From NCBI GenBank assembly GCA_951406725.2, contig OX597815.1:193006001-193070000 (forward strand): a DNA stretch of 64,000 nucleotides, read 5' to 3'. Below are positions 38,190-52,205 of the stretch, in pieces. The stretch is from Octopus vulgaris. Taxonomy: Eukaryota. Under the pieces are notes generated by a model, which saw only the letters and a list, made by a program, of their open reading frames with translations, was not told the origin of the DNA and ran no database searches. Positions within the stretch are counted from its first letter, which is position 1, and each line of letters opens with the position of its first letter. The position numbers were made by a program, and so were the translations under genes.

Positions 38190-41100
38190 TACACACTAGC
38201 AATGCATCCCGGTGTTGTCCGAGTGTTATGACCTACACCCACGTTGTATTATTTGCACTTTCTTATGGTCAATATCGGCTCAGCTGATAAATGTAGTTAA
38301 GAGCAAACTGGAAGTTGTTGTTTGTTTAAACGCAGAGAGGGAGAGTACAGTTTGCATGGGTTTGCATGAAAGTGCTTTCTGGTCTTAAGCAGGATCAGAA
38401 AATATCTAGTGTTTCATCGTATAAATGGGGTTAATACGATTTTGTCCAGAATTTTGTCCGCAATTTCTTAATTTGTAACTTCTTTTCGAACTTTTTGTTT
38501 TTTTTATCTACGTAGAAAAATACAGACTACGGATCTGGGAAATATATAAATTTTTTTTATTGTTTAATTTTTCTTGAGGAAGCATTCAGTGCCCTTCCCC
38601 CACCTCGTTCACCCATCACCTAACCACTTTCAAAAAGATAAAATCTGCCAATCTTGATTTTTGTCTGGTGTTTCCCGCATGCGTAGAATTCTATTGAAAA
38701 AGCAGACTTGACAAATACCAGAGCACCACTAGAAAACCCGACATGCTAGAAACAACAGGTTAACGTCATTATTTCGGAAGAAACATATATAAGGGGAGGT
38801 AAGAATACGCACATCGCCCGTTTTCGGCGTAATCCTAACCCCAACCATAAACCTAAACCTAAACGCTAACCCTAATCCTTAACACCGGGTCTGCGTATTC
38901 TTTACTTTCACCCATAAGTACATATGCCTGCATCATTTTTGTACATGTGAGAGAGAGAGAGACAGAGACAGAGAGAGAAACAGAGAGAGAGAGAGAGACA
39001 GGGAGACAGACAGTGACTGTATTTCCTCATAGCATATAGAGAAATGGATGTCTGGTAATGCAATGTTTTTGGTTGTAGCTTATTTTAATACAATATTTAT
39101 GTGTACATTTTCATAAATGTTTGTCTGTGCATGGGCGAAACGGCGAACGGAAATGAAACATTAGAAGGAGATAGAAGTATTGTTCGAAAATGATCTCAAA
39201 TTGTGTAGCCCATCGTAGTTTCCGAGGTCATTTTAGTTGTAAACAAGAGCTGTTGTGTCAAAAATATAGTTTATTTAGTAGATAGATATTATAATACAGA
39301 TACGACTAATATTTCATTATTCAACATCGTCACTCTCGTAATCCAACACTTCGGTATTTCAGTTGAAATTGAAAGTGTGAAACTATTTTCATTTCCTAAT
39401 TAAAATCTGGTCGTTGTTGAGAAGTGTATTTCAAAAAACAATAGCTGGTTGTTGAGACAACGTAGAAAATACGTAAATGAAAATAAAGTTTATTTGACAT
39501 ATGTAATTGATTTGATTGTTCTGGTCTTAGCATCAGTTGGTAAGAATACAGGTCATTTGACGACACCTTTTTGTTTGTAATTGGCTCTCCTGTTGCAAGT
39601 TCAATCTGTAGAATATCGAAATGATACCCATCTTGTCCATTCCACAGAATAAGAGGATACTGGAGAGCATCATAAGAAGGTTCAGTCTCTGAAACACGTT
39701 TAAGTTTACATTATTTACATTTGACGGACACTTGTCCTCACCTAGTTTGTTGTTAACATGACGTTTCGGTTGATATACACCCTCCAGCCTTCATCAGGTG
39801 TCTTGGTGAAATTTCGAGATAATAAGATATTAATAAGGTAATAAGCTATTAAGACAATATGACTCTCCCGAGATACAAATTAATTTGCTTCAGCAAGCCA
39901 ATACACAAAAAGAAACTTACAAGCTGATAGGAAAATGAAATGTGTGTGTGTATGTGTATATATATATATATATATACTAGCATTAAAAACCCGTCGTTGC
40001 CGGGTAATAGTGCTAGTGCATGTATATATGTATATATATATGTGTATATATTACATGTACATATCATGTACATCTATATATATCCATCTACACATAAAAT
40101 ACAAAATACAAAGTTATATCTTGATATCGCTAGTGATAACAATACTCAAAATATATAACAGACTGGAATTGTTAGCCCGTCTCTTGTAATTTCGATCAAT
40201 TGTATCTTGTCCTCCCTCTTGTATAGAAGTGTGGCTACAATCCAGCCTTCCTCTACTTCGGGGGGGGGGGTGGGGGTGGATATTTAAAATTTTTTTCCGG
40301 GACATCCTACGTCCCAGATATAAAGGTAAAAATAAAACATTTCCACTTTGCAAGTTCGAGTCGAGTACTCCCTTGCACGCTCCGTTGACTCGAACCTTGC
40401 TTCTATTGTGGCGAATTTACCGCCTCTGATTAGATATCTTTCATAGTCCCACCAAGACACTTTTCGAAGGTGCTTTCCTCCATGTGTTCAAATCTTTTTT
40501 CTCTACATTGTATACTTTATAGACAATAGTCTTTTCTTTAATTTAATTTTTTATTATCCATCTGGACTATTCCATTTCTGCACGCTAATTTTATTTTTAA
40601 TTTATTCCCATTCATGTGAAACCACTTATTCAAGTTCAAGTCATTGATGCCATTTTATACCAATTGGTATTTTTACTTTTGTTATGTTACGATTATATTA
40701 TACTTTAGTTTGATTTTAATTATTACTTACTACATATAATTCAATTGTTATTATTATTTTTATTGTTAAAGTGAAAGTATCTGACATAAAATAGAGAAAT
40801 GTTTTTGTTTCACTTTTAACACGTAATACTGAAATAGTGGAGAAGATATGATATTGCTATGGGCTCGCTCTAGGTAAGAAGTCGAACATTTTTTTTTTGC
40901 CCATGAAACTACATGGACCCTACATAAAGCATGTGTAAAATTTGAATGAAATTGGTTGTGTAGTTCTTAAGTTTTAGGGAATCGTTGTGGAGAAGATATG
41001 ATATTGCTGTGGGCTCGCCCTAGGCAAAAAGTAAAAATTTTTTGCCGATGACACTCCCCGGACCCTAAGTAAGGCATGTATAAAATTTGAATGAAATTGG

Positions 41101-41842
41101 TTGTGTAGTTCTCAAGTTTAGGGAAACACACAAACAGACACACATTCTGTTTTATATATATAAAGATATATATATATATACTACCATTAAAGACCCGTCA
41201 TTGCCGGGTCATAGTGCTAGTACATGTATATATGTGTATATATATGTGTATATATTACATGTAAATCTATATATATACATCTACACATAAAATGCAAAAT
41301 ACAAAGTTATATCTTGATATCGCTAGTGATAACAATACTCAAAATATATAACAGACTGGAATTGTTAGCTCTTCTTTTTTCTCTACATTGTATAGACAAT
41401 AGTCTTTTCATTAATTTAATTTTTTATTATCCATCTGGACTATTCCATTCCTGCACGCTAATTTTATTTTTAATTTACTCCCATTCATGTGAAACCACTT
41501 ATTCAAGTTCAAATCATTGATGCAATTTTATACCAATTGTTATTTTTACTTTTGTATGTTACGATTATATTATACTTTAGTATGATTTTAATTATTACTC
41601 ACTACATATAATTCAATTGTTATTATTATTTTTATTGTTAAAGTGAAAGCATCTGACATGAAATAGAGAAATATTTTTGTTTCACTTTTAACACGTAGTA
41701 CTGAAATAGTGGAGAAGATATGATATTGCTGTGGGCTTGCCCTAGGCAATATCATATCGATGACACTCCCCGGACCCTAAGTAAGAAATGTATAAAATTT
41801 GAATGAAATTGGTTGTGTAGTTCTCAAGTTTTAGGGAAACAC

Positions 41843-41873
<31 letters not shown>

Positions 41874-41883
41874 CACATTCTCA

Positions 41884-41928
<45 letters not shown>

Positions 41929-42105
41929 TTAGAGATAAAACCACTATTAGGCAAATCAAACAGTGAAAAACATAAACCAATACATAGAAATAAAATTAAT
42001 TAATATAATATACAAAATATATAAAATACAAAATTCAAAATTTAAATTATTTAAATTTAAAGTTAAAATTTAGAAATTATTTAAATTATTAATTTATACT
42101 TATAA

Positions 42106-42151
<46 letters not shown>

Positions 42152-43172
42152 TATTTAAATTATTAATTTATACTTATAAATTTTTATATATATATATATT
42201 GTTATTTTTATTTTTATTATTATTATTATTATTTTAAATTTAATTTTAATTTTTTTTAATAAATATAACTATCAAAAAGTATTAAAAAAGTTTAATATAG
42301 GATAAAGAGTAAAACCATATATATATATGTATATATATATATGTATTTATGTATGCATACAGTCGTTATTATTGGCCGCTAACTCCCCAAAGTTTTTATT
42401 CTCTCACTGTTTATTTCATCGTGTTGTCTTCTGTTGAAGAGCGGAGGCTCGAAACGTAAAATGCTTTCTCGCCTTACCGAGCGTCATACCTGCTTGATGT
42501 TTATATACTTGTCTTCGTCTTTTGTTTTTCGATAAATTTCACCAATACATATATACGTATATATAACAGGAGTGGCTGTGTGGTAAGTAGCCTGTCTACC
42601 AACCACATGGTTCCGGGTTCAGTCCCACTGCGTGGCACCTTGGGCAAGTGTCTTCTACTATAGCCTCGGGCCGACCAAAGCCTTGTGAGTGGATTTGGTA
42701 GACGGAAACTGAAAGAAGCCCGTCGTATATATGTATATATATATATGTATGCGTGTGTGTGTTTGTGTGTCTGTGTTTTTCCCCATAGCATTGCTTGACA
42801 ACCGATGCTGGTGTGTTTGTGTCCCCGTCACATAGCGGTTCGGCAAAAGAGACCGATAGAATAAGTACTGGGCTCACAATAGAATAAGTTCCGGTGTAGA
42901 GTTGCTCGATTAAAGGCGGTGCTCCAGCATGGCCGCAGTCAAATGACTGAAACAAGTAAAAGAGTATACATGCACACACACACACATATAATATACATAT
43001 ACTCTTTAATTCTTTAATTCCCTTTCATGTACTGCCGGAAGGAACATTTGGAACTCTAGCAACATGTCATCTAGTGAATCGTTCATATGTGTATAGAACC
43101 GCCAGAAACATGACAGGGAATGTATAATGAAGAATTACGAGAAGTCAATGATATGTACTTACTAATTTCCAT
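23894..43172 (-). CDS. CD225/dispanin (IFITM-like) paralog B, complete spliced gene, 116 aa; coding exons 43163-43172, 34560-34657, 31081-31185, 23894-24031
   Basis: All introns have GTAAGT donors and pyrimidine-rich YAG acceptors; phases 1,0,0 join in frame to [36 protein letters not shown]|[35 protein letters not shown]|[45 protein letters not shown]. It has a Pro-rich N-terminus, a CC..P.G.AA..YS motif, a G(D/E)...A..A..KA loop and two hydrophobic segments, i.e. a CD225 domain. Confidence 0.88.
24506..26710 (+). mobile_element. Non-autonomous Helitron inserted in paralog B intron 3
   Basis: Begins TC after host A, exactly where homology with the paralog C intron stops; tatataaaactgagaatg start. 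Same family as 39977-41895. Confidence 0.7.
25394..26578 (+). mobile_element. LTR (TG...CA) with tRNA primer-binding site, nested in the Helitron
   Basis: Interrupts ctgttatatattttgag, which is contiguous at 40144-40165 (reverse). LTR end gtaaca is followed by tggtgtcagaagtgg (26511-26525), a PBS of the tRNA-Leu type. Confidence 0.6.
26715..28340 (+). mobile_element. Helitron RepHel remnant (Rep C-terminus plus PIF1-like helicase)
   Basis: [78 protein letters not shown]. Confidence 0.93.
29990..30430 (+). mobile_element. RLE-type (R4/NeSL group) LINE 3' end
   Basis: [10 protein letters not shown]...CTVVENSCP...KENTYAELL...VPVIIGAMG restriction-like endonuclease motif. Confidence 0.65.
31081..31185 (-). 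CDS. Paralog B coding exon 3 (CD225 first hydrophobic segment, CC motif)
   Basis: ttttcag acceptor, GTAAGT donor, 35 codons [35 protein letters not shown]. Confidence 0.9.
31250..31735 (+). mobile_element. R4/Dong-like LINE 3' end with (AAT)n tail
   Basis: [26 protein letters not shown]...[11 protein letters not shown]...KVDRYDRL...[17 protein letters not shown]. Confidence 0.8.
31790..32860 (-). mobile_element. Tx1-like LINE remnant (paralog of 3700-5300, with deletions and an internal inversion)
   Basis: Direct homology to 3700-5300. Confidence 0.8.
34560..34657 (-). CDS. Paralog B coding exon 2 (Pro-rich)
   Basis: ttttttacag acceptor, GTAAGT donor, 98 nt, phase 1 in and phase 0 out; encodes [32 protein letters not shown]. 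Confidence 0.82.
35372..35878 (+). mobile_element. Non-autonomous Helitron
   Basis: tatatataaaactgtag start; 3' hairpin cccgagcaacgccggg followed by terminal CTAG at 35875-35878. Confidence 0.75.
36911..37325 (+). mobile_element. SINE family 1
   Basis: Same sequence as 7676-8055. Confidence 0.88.
38792..38914. mobile_element. Short MITE-like element with telomere-like internal repeats
   Basis: Inverted ends ggg..taagaatacgca / tgcgtattctt..ccc around degenerate CCTAAC/CCTAAA repeats. Confidence 0.5.
39977..41895 (-). mobile_element. Two tandem non-autonomous Helitrons (about 39977-41165 and 41180-41895)
   Basis: Each has an acccgtc.ttgccgggt hairpin plus CTAG at the left and a tatataaaac.gaatgtgtgtctg start at the right; 40495-41150 is near-identical to 41373-41880. 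Confidence 0.78.
42567..42965 (+). mobile_element. SINE family 1
   Basis: Same sequence as 7676-8055. Confidence 0.88.
43163..43172 (-). CDS. Paralog B coding exon 1 (ATG GAA ATT A, phase 1)
   Basis: ATG followed by a GTAAGT donor. Flank is homologous to 15420-15560, which carries the same 10-nt ATG exon. Phase matches exon 2. Confidence 0.7.
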
Positions 43173-43572
43173 CTTTAATCAGTAGCTGCAGTTGAGATGA
43201 AGAAAATGAAATGGTATGATCCAGGAAAGTTAGTAAAACTGCTTGCGTTAACCACAAGATATCTAATGAGGCGAACAGGTATTCCGAAGTAAATTTATAC
43301 CAGCGACGTCTCACATGTCTCCACAGGCGTCAGCGTGAGTTTCTTTATCATGACGAATTAACTTTCTTGTTGATCAAACCACTTCATGCATGACTAAATC
43401 ATAAATGACTGCTGCATGTTTAACACCGAAAATTTGTTTATCTTTATGGTCTGGACTTACATTTTGGACTTGTCAGGCAAGAAAGAAATGAACGCATTAT
43501 ATTTTACATGACTTAAATTGGCTTGAGATTATATGAGCACATTCCAAAACGTTTTATATAAGTTACCTTAAA

Positions 43573-43743
<171 letters not shown>

Positions 43744-44332
43744 GGGGGAGAGAGAGCGAGAGAGAGAAAGATAGATATATAAATAGAGAGATAGATGAAT
43801 AGATAGATAAATAAATAGAAAGCTAGATAGATGGAGAGTTGGTAAGGATATAAAATAAGGCCTACGTACGTTTCAATTCAGTGCAGTATATAATTGCAAA
43901 TTCAAAGATTGGAATACATCCGAAGATTAGAATGAAATAGCATTTTGAATAATATTGAGTAGAATCCCACCAGGGATAGAGTGCAACAGAAATAGTTACA
44001 TGCGACGGATTGGAATTTATCAATACGCTAAGAAAATTAAAGAAATGTATATCTTTATTGTGTGTATAGTATTTAAAAAATGATATTAAAACTAAAAATA
44101 TAGTATAGGAGTAAAAAGTAAAAATAGAGAACAAATAATTAATATACATTATGCAGTAAAATAAAAAAAATAAAAACCCATTATCTGTGTAAGTTTGTAT
44201 TGGTTTACATAATCAATGTATATTACTACCTCTTTGATTCTCTTTTACTAATACAGTTCTATATTTAAGAGATGAAGAATTATGTACATTATTTACATTT
44301 GACGGATATTTGTCCTCATCTTGTTTGTTGGT

Positions 44333-44378
44333 AACACAACGTTTCGGCTGATATACCCTCCAGCCGTCATCAGGTATC
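44333..44378 (-). ncRNA. Minimal hammerhead ribozyme motif (second copy 39755-39802)
   Basis: gauac-CUGAUGA-c-ggcug...cagcc-GAAAC-GUU-guguu with palindromic ACGU stem III. Confidence 0.5.
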
Positions 44379-44431
44379 TTAGTGAAATTTCGAACCTGGG
44401 TTCTCATTCCTAAGGTATTTTTCGATGTTGT

Positions 44432-44575
<144 letters not shown>

Positions 44576-44743
44576 TGCCTTCGCACAGCTTCTAACGCTG
44601 GAGATGTACTACGGTGTCAGCTACACACACACTTACATAAACAAATTTTAAACATTTTTATACTGATGAACACACAGACATACGTACATATATACATACA
44701 TACATACAAACATATTTACATAAATACATACATACATACATAC

Positions 44744-44787
<44 letters not shown>

Positions 44788-45849
44788 GCGTTAATAGTAG
44801 TATATATACAGATATATAAACAGGTCACTTTCGAGTGCTACTGGTAACATGTAACCCAGTACAACCTGTTGCATGGTCGGGTCGTCGGCGACTAAACCGG
44901 CAACCCCACCAAGCTTGCTTGGTGAGGAGGGTGTTTATTGGACACCCTGCGGGATGAAAAACAAAACCTGTCAAAGGGCGGAGGAATTCTTGAGAGTCAA
45001 CGGCCATCCAATAAATGTCTTAAGGCTGGATCATGCGCGGGGACATAGAAATAATCGGACTGAATACCCGATCGCGCGGTTAAACCATTGGGAGTGAAGG
45101 ACTCCTAGCCTTTGTTTGGGCATCCTTCTACGAGAAGGTAACTATGGTAACTGGGATAACTCCGACATAAAACCTGCGGCTCAGTGGTTACCGATGATGT
45201 TGACTTGTTCTTCTTTTCGGATTATGGCTGCTGTTGCTTAGTGAATGAGATTCACTCAATGCACAGCCTTTCCTCACTTTAAAAAAATCTTCTTGCACAG
45301 GCATTGCACAATAACAACATTGATTAAGCTTCGTGCAATGGTCATACTCGATAACGAGGGGGCAGCCACCACCACCATATAAACAACACATACTTTTAAC
45401 GGCTATCCTCTTCAAATAAAGCTACACACACACTTACATAAACAAATCAATCTGATTCGATTAAGTTCTATAAAAATAAATACATAGGCAGTAACATACA
45501 TTGATTATGTAAACCAAAAGAAGTTTACATAGATAACGCTTTTATATTGTATTTTACTTTTGTTTATGTTTTTTGTTTTAACCTTAAAGTGTATTCTTAT
45601 TTTTTAATATCACTTTTTGGAATATATTAGCATACATATACATACAATAAAAAAATATATTTCTCAATTTTCTTAGTTGATATAGGCTGTGTGGCAAGAA
45701 ATTTGCTTCTCAATCACATGGTTCTGAGTTCAGTTCCAATGCATGGCACCTTGAGCAAGTGTCTTCTACTATAGTCTCGGGTCGACCAAAACCTTGTGAG
45801 TGGATTTGGTTGACGGAAACCGAAAGAGGGCCGTCGTATATATATATAT

Positions 45850-47843
45850 AAACTTAGATAAACTTAGATATGTTTCGACCAAAGATTGGTCCAGGCCATG
45901 TCTAACTTAATAGCACCACCTGATAGGATTATTCGAATCCTGTTTAAGTCAAGTTTTGTTCAAGTAGTGAGTTCTTGTTGGGTGAGTTGTATCCAGTTTT
46001 GTTCAAGTAGTGAGTTCTTGTTGGGTGAGTTGTATCCAATTATGGGTGGCTTATCTGGTATTCTTTGAAGGAATCTATCCAGACTCTGTTTAAAGTTGAT
46101 GGGATCCTTTTCCTCTTTGATCTCCCTCGGGACAATGTTAAATAGGGCAGGGCCTGTTGAGGAAAAGAAATTATGTTGCAGTGTACATGTATGTTGTGAT
46201 CTTGAATTGGGCAGGGGACGTATAGCCCGTGGTCCAAGTCTTGGATGAACCTTGAAGCTAATGTTTAGGTCGTTTGGGCAAAGTTGGCGGTATATTTTCC
46301 ACATCGTACAAATGATGTACTGCTCACGGCGACACTGGAGGGAGTAAAGTTTCAAGGATTAAGGCGATCCCAATAATCGAGAGCAGCCATGCCTTCAATT
46401 TGTTTAGTGAGTGCCCTCTGGGGTGACTCAATTCTGGAGATGTTTTGTCTTGTGTGAGGAGACCACAGTAGGCAGCAGTATTCAAGGTGTGACTGTACAA
46501 AGGAGGAAAAAAGTGGTATGATGACACCTTGTTCTCTGGACCGGAAAGTTCTTAAGATCCAGGAACTCATCCTACGAGCTATATCGACCTTCTTGTTGAT
46601 GTGTGCACTCCAACTGAGATCGTCATCAACAATTACACCCAGGTCTCTGATATTGTTAGAGGCTGTGAGCGGTTCCCCTGAAGGAAGAGAGTATGGTTGT
46701 TTTAGTGAGGAATTTCTTCCAAAATGCATCAGCTCAAATTTTCCCTCATTCAGTTGCATTTTGTTTCTGTCTGCCCATTGACTCACAGCATATAGATCAG
46801 ACTGGAGTTGAGTTCGGTCTGCTTCTTCATTGACGATTTGCTGGAGCTTAGTGTCATCAGCAAATATTTTCACTTTGCAGTAATGTACGACACTGGAAAG
46901 GTCGTTTACGTAAATTATGAAGAGTAGCGGACCCAAAACAGTTCCCTGGGGAACACCGCTGGTGACTTTTGCTGGGTTTGAGTGGACTCCATCAACTACA
47001 ACATGTTGTGTTCTATTCGCCAGGAAATACTTAATCCAGTGTAGAACTTTTCCACTGATTCCAACGTTTGCCAATTTTGAGAGTAGGATGTTATGGTCTA
47101 CCCTGTCGAACGCTTTACTGAAGTCAAGATATATGACGTCAGAGTTCGAACCTGTTCCCAAGGCTTTGAGTACATCTTCAATGTGGTGTAAGAGCTGTGT
47201 TAGACAGTTCCTGCCACAGCGAAAGCCATGCTGATTTGCATTTAGGAGTTTGTGGGTCTCCAGGAAGTCAGCTATCCTTGATCTTAACACTCTTTCAAAC
47301 ACTTTAATGATGTGGGAGGTGAGTGAGATTGGGCGATAGTTGACTGCGAGGGATCTGTTTCTCTGTTTGAAAACCGGGATGACCGACTGGGATAGAAACT
47401 GTTTCGGTATATAACCTGCGTCTAACGAATTTATCCATATGTTGGTCAGAGGGACTGCAGGTTGGTATCTACATTCCTTCAGGAGACTAGCGGGGAATCT
47501 ATCAGGGCCTACAGCAGAGTAATGTTTGACCTCATTTATTGCTGCTACGATGTCGGTGGCAGTGAAGGTTATGTCTGAGATTTTGTGTTGGGAGTCAACT
47601 TCGTTCGTTTCCCTTACGTCAATATCAGTGGGAACACTAAAGACAGAGCAGTATTGTTTCTGCAGTATCTCTGCCATTTCTTTAGCATCATGTTGGGGAA
47701 TGTCGTTATCATCAATCAATGGCCCAATGGGTGAGACAGTGGTTCTATGCTTATTTGCATAAGAATAGAACACTTTTGGGTTCTGTTTGATGTTTTTGAT
47801 TACCCATTGTTCCTCCACAGCTCTTTGATTTTCAATGGAGGTT
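45850..47843 (-). mobile_element. CR1-group LINE ORF2 (RT), 5'-truncated, one frameshift near 46355
   Basis: [52 protein letters not shown]; (TATCTAAGTT) tail at about 45850; 43-bp tandem duplication at about 45953-46038. Confidence 0.95.
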
Positions 47844-47934
<91 letters not shown>

Positions 47935-47939
47935 CATAC

Positions 47940-48004
<65 letters not shown>

Positions 48005-48631
48005 CATACGTGTGTGTATTTGTGTGTGTGTTTGTGTGAATGTAGCCAAGGCGAGGATGCCTTATCCTCATGAGGGATTATTATAAGCGAAATTTCTCCA
48101 GCTATCATTGCTTTGTTACTGGAGATTCTCCTATTGAGAATCACAATCGGGTTTCTTCATAAGGCTTGATCTTGGCTTGCTCTTTGCCTTCACTAACCGA
48201 AGATGTTGTCTCTCCGAGCTTCTCGCGGTTTCTCCAACCGTCATTGCTTTGGTATTGGTCGTCATTCAGTCTCCTTTTATTCCAGATGAAAGATTTCTTT
48301 ATATAATCCTAATATATACATCGACACATCATTAGTGATGTGTTTGAGGGCCATTGCTTTTCGGGTTTTACCACAATTAGACACCTTTAGCCAGGTAAAA
48401 ATTTGAAATAAGAAAAATTTGGGCAAACGGTCAAGCCTTTAAAAATAAAACTATCTAAACATTCCCAGCGTATTTTCTAATTCTATTCTCTACATCTGTG
48501 GAGTAAAATAACTTTACTTGTTTCATATATTTTATATATATATGTATGCATGTATGTATATATTATGTATCTTTGTGTGTAAATAAATATATATATATGT
48601 ATGTATGTATGTATGTACGTATGTATATATA

Positions 48632-48935
48632 TATCACGTGATCACGTGACCGACCAGACCATCAGATGTTGTTACGCATCGCTGGTCACAATGCGTTCGC
48701 ATTGTTTTAGCCTTCGAATGACGCCACCCCGCTAGCTAAGCAAGCAGGCCAACAGAAGAATGAGTGGGAGAAAGAGTGGTGAAAGAGTACAGCAGGGATC
48801 ACCACACCCTGCCGGAGCCTCGTGGAGCTTTTAGGTGTTTTCGCTCAATAAACACACAACGTCCGGTCTGGGAATCGAAACCGCGATCCTGCGACCGCGA
48901 GTCCGCTGCCCTAACCACTAGGCCATTGCGCCTCC
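48632..48935 (-). mobile_element. tRNA-derived SINE family 3
   Basis: Head ggaggcgcaatggcctagtggttagggc...ggtttcgattccc with A and B boxes, then a non-tRNA body and (cacgtgat)n tail. Confidence 0.82.
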
Positions 48936-49840
<905 letters not shown>

Positions 49841-49847
49841 ATACAAA

Positions 49848-50372
49848 CCGTAAATCCTCGAGTATAATCCGTAAATCCTCGAGTATAATTTTTTCCAAAC
49901 ATTTAAAGGTCAAAATCCCGAGTGCGTACTATATACGAGGTTAAAAATGAAAAATATTTTCTAAGCAATGTCCGAATCTCTATTTGCTGTCCGGCATTGT
50001 TTATTCAAACGTATTTTGTGATGTCGGGCGCGAAAATACCTTAAGCTAAGCCTGAAAGCAATGAAGTCATAAAAGAATCATCCATAACTTGCAGTAAGCA
50101 ACATTTATTAAACGTTATTACTGTTATTTCTTTATTTTCTGCAAACAAAATACACAAAAAGCTACACGTTTGCAATATGTTATATATATAATAATATTAG
50201 ATGACGTTACCGTATACATCTTTACAAACCAAGGACGTTATATTGACCTCCTTGACTCAAGTTAGAGAAGGGGTGTGTATTATACACAAGGTCTAGGTTT
50301 TTCAGATGTACAGCTCCCTTAAAAACCCCTGTGTATTATACTCAAGGGCGGACTAGACTCGGGGATTTACGG
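49848..50372. mobile_element. Tc1/pogo-type MITE
   Basis: TIRs ccgtaaatcctcgagtataatccg / gcggactagactcggggatttacgg followed by TA; the left TIR is locally duplicated. Confidence 0.8.
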
Positions 50373-50519
50373 TATATATGAAATAAGGAAAATTATTTTA
50401 CTCCACACGAAGAGAGATGTAAAAAATATAAGTGGAAAATACGTTGGAAGTGTTTAGATTTTATTATCTTTATAGGCTTAACAATTTGCACAGATTTTTC
50501 TGATTTTAAATTTTCTGGC

Positions 50520-50950
50520 AAAGTTTCTGTCTTTTTCACAAGGCTTAGTAAACAAAAAGAAAATGCAGCAACTGATTTAATTAATTGTTAATATTGTCAC
50601 CATTCCTCTCTATGACCTCTTTCCATCTCTCAATGAGCTTTGTAATGCCGCCATCATAAAATTCCTTAGTGAAAGAAGAAAAGTAGCACATTCTCGACTT
50701 CAACTCTTCAATTAAGTCTTAATCCACTTAAATCCTTTTGTAATATTCTAAAGGATGGTAATCGGTAGGTGCGATGTTTGGAGGATATGGTGGGTAATGT
50801 ATAATTACCCAGGCATATTTTCTCAGAACTTTGGTGTGTTGTGCAGTGTAAAGTCTTGTGTTATCATGATAAATAATGATTTGTTTTCGGTTTGTTATGA
50901 CGTGGGTTTTGGCTGCAAATTTCCTTTCAAATAGTTAGCTGTTGGCAGTT
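50520..50950 (-). mobile_element. mariner (DD34D) transposase remnant
   Basis: HDNTRL and HYPPYPPNIAPTDYHPL resemble HDNARPH and HPPYSPDLAPSDYHLF. Confidence 0.75.
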
Positions 50951-51634
50951 TATATGTGTGTGTGTGTGTGTGTGTATGTATGCATGCAAACATTTATCAA
51001 TATATTTATCGATCTGTCAAATGACTGAAACAAGTAAAAAAAAAAGTACAACCTACACAAGTCAATGTGTGATGAACAAAATAGGAATTTTGAAAGAAGT
51101 ACAAATAAAACTAGTTTATAAACAGTGAATGGCTATAAGGGGTCTACCAAAGTAAAATAGTATCGATCAATCTAGTTTCATCCCCCTCAGAGGATTACAC
51201 AATTTAAAGCAGTGAAATTTTTCAAGTACCCCACTAGGCATATAATTTGTTTTAGTTGACAAACCATAGTTAAAACAGATTAAATACTCAACATTAGCAA
51301 TAGTCTTTATTTAAAACTCTAAAGAGACACAACCCAGCACCACGATGTGAGTTGTCTTTCAATCTCGTAGAACGTTTATGTTCTTCGTAATTTTCTCATA
51401 TTCTCCTCGTTTTTCGTTTCTTCTATGGCTCTACGGTGTAGCCATGTTATTTGAGCCCGAACTATTGTGAAATCTTGCACGGTATATTACACAAGACTGT
51501 CCACATATTACTCTGTCTGAGAAACTTGAAGTGGATCACATAAAATACCTGTAATCATTAAATGACATATAAGTGTGTGAGTGTGTATCTTCTGTTTGTA
51601 TGCAAATTGATTATACGTATAGGTATATATATAT

Positions 51635-51710
<76 letters not shown>

Positions 51711-51784
51711 AAATATTAGGGAATAAATCCAAACTTACAGGAAAAAATCAGATTTAGGATTGAATCCAATTTTATAGTAAAATA

Positions 51785-52205
51785 TTATATTATATTAAAT
51801 TAGAGATAAAACCACTATTAGGCAAATCATACAATGAAAAACTTAAGCCAACACATAAGATTAATTAATTTATATTATTTAAATATATATCAAAATTATT
51901 AAAAAAGATAATTAATATAACACTACGATCGTTTCATGGCTGTTCAATTCTTAAAAATTTCGAGTTACAGTGGTTTACATATTTGGCGAGGTTTAATCAA
52001 TGAACCACCTGAAGAATGACTGTAACTCGAAAATTTTAAGAATTGAACAGCCATGAAACGATCGTAGTGTTATATTAATTGTCTTTTTTAATAATTTTGA
52101 TATATATTTAAATAATATAAATTAATTAATCTTATGTATTGGCTTAAGTTTTTCATTGTATGATTTGCCTAATAGTGGTTTTATCTCTAATTTAATATAA
52201 TATAT
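51785..52205. repeat. Long inverted repeat (arms about 185 bp, spacer about 47 bp), probably Penelope pLTR
   Basis: 51790-51971 is the reverse complement of 52019-52200; the arm also matches 41922-42000. Confidence 0.88.
52006..52069 (+). ncRNA. Type I hammerhead ribozyme motif
   Basis: cac-CUGAAGA-augacugu...acagccau-GAAA-cgaucg-UA-gug: intact core, stems I and II, palindromic stem III. Confidence 0.65.

Noticed and set aside
46352-48049. 565-aa ORF as an intact or domesticated RT gene
   Set aside because: The N-terminus is (TA)n read-through, the endonuclease is missing and the C-terminus is frameshifted; a truncated CR1 copy.
48860-48935. tRNA-like sequence (also the heads of the other SINEs)
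   Set aside because: No proper acceptor stem and it continues into a SINE body; not a functional tRNA gene.
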